The notes under the pieces are model-generated. The model had not been told where the DNA came from and searched no databases. It saw nothing but the letters and a program-made list of their open reading frames with translations. The position numbers were made by a program, and so were the translations under genes. From Rebecca billardiae RCC1528 (lineage: Eukaryota > Protista > Haptophyta), in the NCBI GenBank assembly GCA_965240325.2, contig OZ251224.1, positions 2,542,001-2,606,000 on the forward strand: DNA of 64,000 nt, in the 5' to 3' direction. Within the stretch, counting starts at the first letter, position 1. Each line of letters starts with the position of its first letter. Below are positions 57,487-64,000 of the stretch, in pieces.

Positions 57487-59184
57487 TCAGTCGTCCTCCT
57501 CGCGATCGCCGCCCTCGGCCTCGTCGTCGTCGTCGTCGTCGTCGTCGTCCAGCCCGCCCTCGCCCACGTCGTAGAGCCGGAGCAGCGGCTTGTTCGGGTC
57601 CTTCAGCAGCAGGTAGGTGCCCTCGTCAAGCTTCATGCACATGTCGAGCACGGCCTTGAGGATGGCCCACGCGTTGGGCACGTTGAGGTTGACCTGCGTG
57701 GCGAACTCCTTCGGCTTGTACGTCTGCGTGCCGAGCACCACGTGCCGCTCCGCCTGGCGCGCGTGCACGCGTGAGATGTACCCGAGCTTGATCAGGTCGG
57801 TGCCAGCGAGCAGCGCGCTGAGCGTCCACTTGGCCAGCTTGTACGAGTTGTTCTTCAGCTCGGTGGCGAGGACGGCGCCGCGCTGCGACTCGAGCTTCTG
57901 GCGCCAGTCGATCGTGTTGAAGACCTTCGGGTCGGTCTCGTTCAGCGCGTGCACCGAGACGAACAGGTCCTCCTCCTGCTTGCCCTTGGCGACCGCCTCG
58001 ACCTGCGTGCGCGCGAGCAGGCTCAGGCTGTCGCCCATCTTCCACGAGCGGTAGCGGTACCCGGTCGGCACGAGGCCCTCGGGGCCGGCGGCGGCGGCGA
58101 AGGGGTTGGCGGCGTGCTCGAACTTGACCGCGCCCTCCGCGCCCGACAGCACCTGCTGCGCGAACACGCGGTTCGTCCGCGTCGCCTCCTGCGACAGGTT
58201 CCACGCCGAGTTGATCGACTCCTTGTCCTCGTCGCCCTGCTCGTGCGCCGTCTCATTGCACGTCACGTAGTCGAACGGCGAGCCGTCGCGCTTGTCGAGG
58301 TAGAGGCGGTCGCCGACGCGGCGCACGACGATGTCCCACGAGTACGACGAGCGCGGCGCCGCCATGATCGCCGCGAGGATCGCGTCCGTCGCGAACACGT
58401 TGAACTTGGCGCCCGGCTCGGCCGCGAGCCGCTGCATGACCGGATCGTCCGACGTCGACGGCGCCCACGTGCCGCGCACCTCGGTGGGCTGCAGCGGCTT
58501 CTCGGACTTGGGCGTGATGCGGTCGTACGCGCGGTCGAAGTGCTCCACCGTGCCGTGGGACACCACGTCGACGGCCTCGGGCACCGTCCACGTCATCTTC
58601 TGCAGGTCCGAGAAGGCGATCTGCTCGAGCACCGCCCACGACGAGCGCACGTCGATCGACGACTCGCGGATCCGCGTCGGCGGGCGATCGGACCAGCGCA
58701 TGCCCTGCTGCGCGGCCTGGCGGGTCTTCGCCCACTTGCCGCGCAGCCCCTGCTGCCGCGCCTTCTGCAGGTTCCGGTTGTTCCCGCCGATCTTCTCGGG
58801 CTCCTTCTGCTCGTTCCACCGCCCGCGACCACCGCCCCACCGCCCGCCGCCGCGGCCGCCGCGGCCGCGGCCGCGGCCGCCGCCCCAGCCCGTGGTGGGC
58901 TTGGCCGTCGCCGTGTCGACGAGGTGGAACGAGTCCTCCGCCGGGTCCTGCTGGTACGCGAAGTTCTCGTTCGCGAACTGCGGCCCCTGGCGCTGCTGGC
59001 GCATCTGCTGCCGGCCCTGGTACGACGACGAGCCTGTCCAGTCAGCCACCTTGCTCAGCTTGTCGCCCTTGTTGAAAGGCGCGTAGGGCTGGTCCGTGAA
59101 CTTCTCAGGGAGCTCGCACGGCCCCCAGCCCGCCGCGTTGTCCACCACGCGCGGGATGCGGAACTTGTACGCGGGCGCCGCCAT
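57487..59184 (-). CDS. EIF3D: Eukaryotic translation initiation factor 3 subunit D
   Basis: DNAAGWGP...YAPFNKGDKL...ADW, SFHLVD, STSDDPV, YSWDIVV, DWRQKLESQRGAVLATELKNN, KLGYISR, YLLLKDPNKP; acidic tail. Confidence 0.96.
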   Translation of the reverse strand: MAAPAYKFRIPRVVDNAAGWGPCELPEKFTDQPYAPFNKGDKLSKVADWTGSSSYQGRQQMRQQRQGPQFANENFAYQQDPAEDSFHLVDTATAKPTTGWGGGRGRGRGGRGGGRWGGGRGRWNEQKEPEKIGGNNRNLQKARQQGLRGKWAKTRQAAQQGMRWSDRPPTRIRESSIDVRSSWAVLEQIAFSDLQKMTWTVPEAVDVVSHGTVEHFDRAYDRITPKSEKPLQPTEVRGTWAPSTSDDPVMQRLAAEPGAKFNVFATDAILAAIMAAPRSSYSWDIVVRRVGDRLYLDKRDGSPFDYVTCNETAHEQGDEDKESINSAWNLSQEATRTNRVFAQQVLSGAEGAVKFEHAANPFAAAAGPEGLVPTGYRYRSWKMGDSLSLLARTQVEAVAKGKQEEDLFVSVHALNETDPKVFNTIDWRQKLESQRGAVLATELKNNSYKLAKWTLSALLAGTDLIKLGYISRVHARQAERHVVLGTQTYKPKEFATQVNLNVPNAWAILKAVLDMCMKLDEGTYLLLKDPNKPLLRLYDVGEGGLDDDDDDDDDEAEGGDREEDD

Positions 59185-59406
59185 CACCGTGGGAGGCCGC
59201 GTGGCACGCGCTCGGAGGTGTCGCGCTGGGGAGCCTCGTGAGTGCGGGCTGTGCGGCGGGACTAATAGTCATTTAGCGCAGTCTGAAATACCCGCGCGCA
59301 TTGAGCTTGCGGGCGCCATCGTTCGGCAGGGCCTTGACCCCTTCGTCGTCCAGCGCCGAGGAGCGCGGGCTCACCGCCGCTGAGTGCGCGTCTGCAGCCG
59401 GGGCAG

Positions 59407-59768
59407 ATGGCGCTCAGCCTGGGTAGCTTACTCCTCGCGACAATCCTCTTTCTCAATGGCCTCGCCGTCCTGAACGAGGAGCGCTTCCTCAAGCGCGTGG
59501 GGTGGGGCTACGAAGAAAACCTCAACGAGCCGCCCACGTTCAAGAAGCAGGTGATCAATCTGCTCTACGCGGTACGCGTGCTTCTAAGAGGTGAGGCCAG
59601 CCGCGCTGCTACCGTATGCGCGCGCCCCGGCCGCGAGGCGAGCGGCCCAGCCCCGCGCCGCGAGCCCACGCGCGGTCCCCATCGTCAACACACCCTGCGC
59701 TGCCGCTGCCAGTCCCCTTGCTCGTGCTGAACATCCTCACAATACTGGTGAAGTTGCTGATGGGATAG
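59407..59768 (+). CDS. YOS1: Yos1 / IER3IP1 small ER-Golgi membrane protein; intron 59591-59712
   Basis: LFLNGLAVLNEERFLKRVGW...KKQVINLLYAVRVLLR|VPLLVLNILTILVKLLMG after removing a GTGAG..CCAG intron. Confidence 0.92.
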
Positions 59769-61074
59769 GTGACACCCTCTTTGACGAGCGGGCGCGCCCA
59801 AAGTCGCTGACCACATCAGGATTTATGGCGGGGCATTGACTTTGACACTCATGCGGGATGACGGCGCCCGGAGCTACTGGCTAGGCCCCGGCCCCGGGCC
59901 CCGCGGCGTGCCGATGTCCGGGGAGCCAGGAGCGCACACCGTCGGGCTGGACTCTTATCTACACCAGCGCCGCTGCCGCGCCCATGCAACGCCGCGTGGT
60001 ACCCTTTGGCGTCGTCGTGTCAACCGCCGTTGCCGCACCAAGAAGTCTCATCCCGGACCATGTTGATGACAGATGATTCGGGGCGATCATGGCCGAGTGG
60101 CCGACGCGACGGGTGTGACAGTGGGTTTGGCAGTCCGCGGCGATTATCGCATTATGACTGCCGACGCCGATCTGGTAATCGTCCCGGACATGATTCGTCA
60201 TGCTACAGAAATCAGCTAACTAATAATAATATATATATATATATGACGAGTAATTAAATGCGGACCCGGTACGTAACGGTACAGGGGCAGTCGAGACTCA
60301 TCGAGTGCCCTGAGGCGCGGTCCGACCGACTCGGGCGAGATCAGTATTCTCAGTTCCGACGGTTCGCCAGAATCTTAATAAGTAAAATCGGGCATAGAAC
60401 AGTATCATACTACCGATTACCAACTTAGTCACGTCAGTATTCTTTCTGTACCGGTAGCTGATGATACTGCACCGGGTACTACCGGTCTGAACTGTCTACT
60501 GCTGCTGATTTCACTAGCTAGTACGTAAGCTATCATCGGATTCAAAGACAGGTGGGCATGACGCCGAGGGCGCAGCTCTCCTGATTCGTCTAGGTCGAAC
60601 GGCGAAGTACTGGTTGGAGTCGGAGGATGTGAGCCGTCGCGCGCGTTGGCCGCGGACCGTGACTCGTGAGGGAGTCGTCGCCGATGCTGATTACATACGG
60701 AGGTGACGCGTCACGTGATCACGCGTCACGTGTAATCACGCCGTGATATCACGCTCACGTGATCACGAACTCCCAGTCCTGCTGTGCGGGAGTTCTCCGA
60801 TATGATCATGACGAGGTCGGGACTCGTCCGGAGCAGTCCGAGCCTGCCAGGCCGGCCAGCGGGAGCGGGCTGATCGAGTGCCAGTGCTACCCGGTGCCCA
60901 CAATATCGGAGCTGATGATCCCGGTCCGGTCCAGCAGTGACAGAGTCAGAACTATTGCGCCGCCAAGGCTCCGTGCGGTGGCGCGCGCGCGCACGGGACA
61001 CGACGACTGCTGCGGTCGGCATATACGGTATATATGTATCGGTCACATAGTAGCCGTCAACGTTATTCATGGAC

Positions 61075-61677
61075 TCAGCCGTGGCGCGTGCGGCTCACGT
61101 GGGCGCGCAGGGTATCGTACGCCAACGTTAGCTGCTTGAAGCGCGCTTCGGACTCAGCACGGCCACGCGCGTCCAAGTGCTGCTGACGATCTGGGTGATG
61201 CTCCATGGCACGTGCTCGGTATGCCTGCTTGAGCTGATCCATTGTCAGCGTCGGCATCAGCCCCGAGCTACCTGGGTGACCTTGCGCACCGAACAAGATC
61301 TCCAGCTCTCGCGCGTGCATCTGCGGCCTGCGCGCTGGGCTGCGAGGCGGTGCATCATCAGCTCGTCGATGCTGTCGTTGCCAATCATATTGCTGGTGCC
61401 CATGTTGGCTTCTATGCGCACGCTCCTGCCCGCCTGCGCCATGCGCACCGTGGGAAGAGGACTGAGATTGACCGCTGTGCGATGAGGACTGGTGCCACTG
61501 CTTCTGGCCAGCTCTTCCCAGGGCGATGTATTCGAGGGCAGACCAAAAGGGCCGACCAGGGCCACCACGGCGTGTGACGTACATCATGGCGATGATCGGC
61601 CCTGCGAGAAGGCCGAAGACACCCACACTCGCCCCCAATGCGAGCGCCCCAGCTGAGCCGTCGTCGCGGTCCGACAT
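61075..61677 (-). CDS. J-domain (DnaJ type C) protein with N-terminal TM
   Basis: LKQAYRARAMEHHPDR...ARFKQLTLAYDTL (HPD motif); TM LALGASVGVFGLLAGPIIAMMYV. Confidence 0.85.
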   Translation of the reverse strand: MSDRDDGSAGALALGASVGVFGLLAGPIIAMMYVTRRGGPGRPFWSALEYIALGRAGQKQWHQSSSHSGQSQSSSHGAHGAGGQERAHRSQHGHQQYDWQRQHRRADDAPPRSPARRPQMHARELEILFGAQGHPGSSGLMPTLTMDQLKQAYRARAMEHHPDRQQHLDARGRAESEARFKQLTLAYDTLRAHVSRTRHG

Positions 61678-62036
61678 CTTGGCCGGGGCGGCCGTCACTC
61701 TCAGAACTCAGAGGTTATTGCTTATTTGAATTCGTTTTCATCGGCGGGCATTCCGCATTCCGGCAATCTGAAATCCGCAGATCAGCTGCAGCCGCAGGAG
61801 GACGAACCGCATTTTTTAGGGCTCCGTCCCCTGCTCGGGGAGGAACCCGGCTCCCTCATCAGCAGCGTCGAGACTCTGAAGTCTCGGACGTCCGTAAACA
61901 TGCGTTAAGCACCGGCCGTCATCACTTCATAATACAGTAGCACTCATCTCGAGATCCCGTGTCGACGTCGACCGTCAATGTCATGAACCCAATCTGCCAA
62001 CGAGCGCAAGTCGTTGCCAACGACCCACCCGCCTCG

Positions 62037-62924
62037 TCACACGAAGTACTCTGGCAGCTTATCATCCGACGTGTCGGCGATATCTTCGCCCTCGCGTGCC
62101 GGCTGCGAGCGCGGGTACAGCCGGTACACGTCCTCGTACTCGCCGATCGCCTCTTTGAAGCTCACGGTGAGCGGGACGAGCTCGAGCTCGAGCGGATCGT
62201 ACACGACCGCGTGCACGCGCGGCGTCACGCACGAAGCGTCGGGGTCGTCGCGCGTCTGCAGGCGCGCGCGCTGGACGACGCCCGTCTTGAAGACGTTGAG
62301 CGTCTGCTCGATCGTGTTGAGCTCGACTAGCCTGCGGTAGCGCTGCTCCTCGTCCTCGATGGCCCTCAGCTGGTCGCGGTGGAGGCGCACGACGTCGCGG
62401 ATGTTGCGCAGCCAGTTCTCGAGCGGCGGGTTGTGGTTGGTCTGCTGCATGGCGGCGCGCACGCCGCCGCACTCGTAATGGCCGCACACGATGATGTCCT
62501 TCACCTTGAGCACGTCCACAGCGTACGCGATCACCGACATCAGGTTCATATCCGTGTTGACGACGAGGGCCGCAATGTTGCGATGGACGAACACCTCGCC
62601 CGGCGCGAGGGCGAGGAGCTGCGAGGCGGGGACGCGCGCGTCGGAGCAGCCGATCCACAAGTACTTGGGCTTGTGCTGCCGTAGCCGCTCGAGCAGCCCT
62701 TCCTCCTTGCGCATCTCCTTGGCCCACGCCTTGTTGCGCAGGAAGACCTCCTCCACGGGGTCAAGGCTCGAAGCGCGCTCAGCGGTCGACGCCGGCTCCG
62801 GCGCCGTAGGCTTTGGAAGCGGGGGATCCAGGTGCCGCAGGATACGCGGGAGCGGCATCGCACCGCCGAGCCGCGAGCAGAGCAGCACGCAGAGCGCGCA
62901 GAGAGGGGCCCAAGCACGTCTCAT
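62037..62924 (-). CDS. Beta-class carbonic anhydrase with N-terminal signal peptide
   Basis: WIGCSDARVP, GEVFVHRNIA, IIVCGHYECGGV (Cys/His/Cys Zn ligands); signal-like MRRAWAPLCALCVLLCSRLGG. Confidence 0.93.
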   Translation of the reverse strand: MRRAWAPLCALCVLLCSRLGGAMPLPRILRHLDPPLPKPTAPEPASTAERASSLDPVEEVFLRNKAWAKEMRKEEGLLERLRQHKPKYLWIGCSDARVPASQLLALAPGEVFVHRNIAALVVNTDMNLMSVIAYAVDVLKVKDIIVCGHYECGGVRAAMQQTNHNPPLENWLRNIRDVVRLHRDQLRAIEDEEQRYRRLVELNTIEQTLNVFKTGVVQRARLQTRDDPDASCVTPRVHAVVYDPLELELVPLTVSFKEAIGEYEDVYRLYPRSQPAREGEDIADTSDDKLPEYFV

Positions 62925-63445
62925 TCCGATGGGCACGGGGAAGCGTCCACGCGCGAGGCGATGAGCCGTCGATGATGAAGCTGATTGCGTCGCCTGTGTC
63001 GTCCGCCCGGCGGCCGTGAGACGAAAGGCTCGAGTCTCGACGCGACTTTCTCGTGCCGGAACGAACCTCACGATGGCGACACTTTTCACAAGCACAGAGC
63101 AAGAAACAGGCGGTGCAAGTCACCGGCACATGACCGAGGCGATCGCGCGCTGACGCGCCGAGGAGCCCGCAAACCTCGCTGCGAATCCGCCGCCCGAGCA
63201 GCGATCGTCCTCTCGGCCGAGTGCGGCTTCAGTGCTTCGCGTGCGCCCGTGGTAGGGCAAGGAGCTGAGCAAGGACGAGCAGGTCATGCGCGCGCGCGCG
63301 TGAGTGGAACTCGCTCGTCGATGCTTCATCGCACGCCGCCACCCTTCGACGCCGGGTGGCTAGGGCAGCGGCGGCGGCGCGCGAGAGTGCATGATTGACC
63401 GCGCGGGGTGCCGGCTGCTCACCACGCGTGCGCGCTCGGGCTGGC

Positions 63446-63567
63446 TGCGGCGCAGTGTGAGGTCGCGCACAAGTGCACACGTGACTGCGCGAATGCGGCG
63501 TGGAAGGCCGAGCACAAGGCCGCGTGCCAGAGCGGCGCTGCGCGCGCGGAGGCGCAGGGCGTGTGAC
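63446..63567 (+). pseudogene. MYND zinc-finger remnant
   Basis: One frame reads QCEVAHKCTRDCANAAWKAEHKAAC. The upstream Cys codon (63446) is out of frame by one base. Confidence 0.4.
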
Positions 63568-63849
63568 CGGACCGTGCGCTCCGTTTGCTCTCAGCTAGCT
63601 GCGTCGTATCGTCCGATCGCTTCTGCCACTGCCTTGGGCCGGTGTGCATGCTCGAGCGAGTTCGGCGGCTCGACGCCTCTCAACCGCGCGGGGTCCGGGT
63701 GGCCCAACGCGCATCCTGAGGCTTTGTCCGGTCTCGGTGCCACGCAAGGCACCAACAGCGCCGCAGCTTTCGGCGGCAGCTCGGCGCGCGCGGCTCAGGC
63801 ACCAGCTGCCAACGCTCCTCGCGAGGGGCGCGGTGCGTGGCGGGCAGGC

Positions 63850-64000
63850 ATGTCGAAGCTCAAGTCTGTGAGCCGTTCCGGCACCGTTGCCTGGTCGACC
63901 TCCGCCGAGCGGCCTGGCCTGCTCGCGGCGGGTACGGTCGCGGGCGCGATCGATGACAGCTTTGAGAGCACTGCGCAGCTCGAGATCTTCAACCTCGAGC
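63850..64000 (+). CDS. SEC31: COPII coat protein Sec31, N-terminus (runs off the window)
   Basis: MSKLKSVSRSGTVAWS...LLAAGTVAGAIDDSFESTAQLEIF matches the conserved Sec31 WD40 start. Confidence 0.88.
   Translation, partial: MSKLKSVSRSGTVAWSTSAERPGLLAAGTVAGAIDDSFESTAQLEIFNLE

Overview
Very GC-rich (roughly 70% by eye), gene-dense, intron-poor eukaryotic DNA with GT-AG introns and microsatellites. The style fits a haptophyte-like alga, but the taxon cannot be fixed from the sequence alone. Housekeeping and secretory genes: GT8 and GT77-like glycosyltransferases, a Rubisco-LSMT-like SET protein, a membrane-anchored cyclophilin, a TPT-family transporter, GH127, ARM-BTB, DDX41, a DOMON/copper monooxygenase, eIF3d, Yos1, a J-protein, a beta-carbonic anhydrase and the start of Sec31. 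Most notable: (1) one ORF fusing 7 near-identical TPRs with hypervariable positions, a hydrophobic segment, a non-RD RIPK-like kinase, an alpha/beta-hydrolase and a mono-ADP-ribosyltransferase (PARP) domain; (2) three dispersed intronless Sel1-repeat/MYND paralogues with 5, 11 and 14 repeats and hypervariable positions; (3) a SufE-MnmA fusion; (4) an LRR receptor-like gene with one LRR per symmetric exon. A transposon nest at 24.9-40.7 kb holds three copies of a non-autonomous element with asymmetric inverted repeats and a 3' hairpin (rolling-circle-like). One copy carries a young, divergent Ty1/copia with TG..TA LTRs. A separate TA-flanked TIR element caps the GT8 gene.
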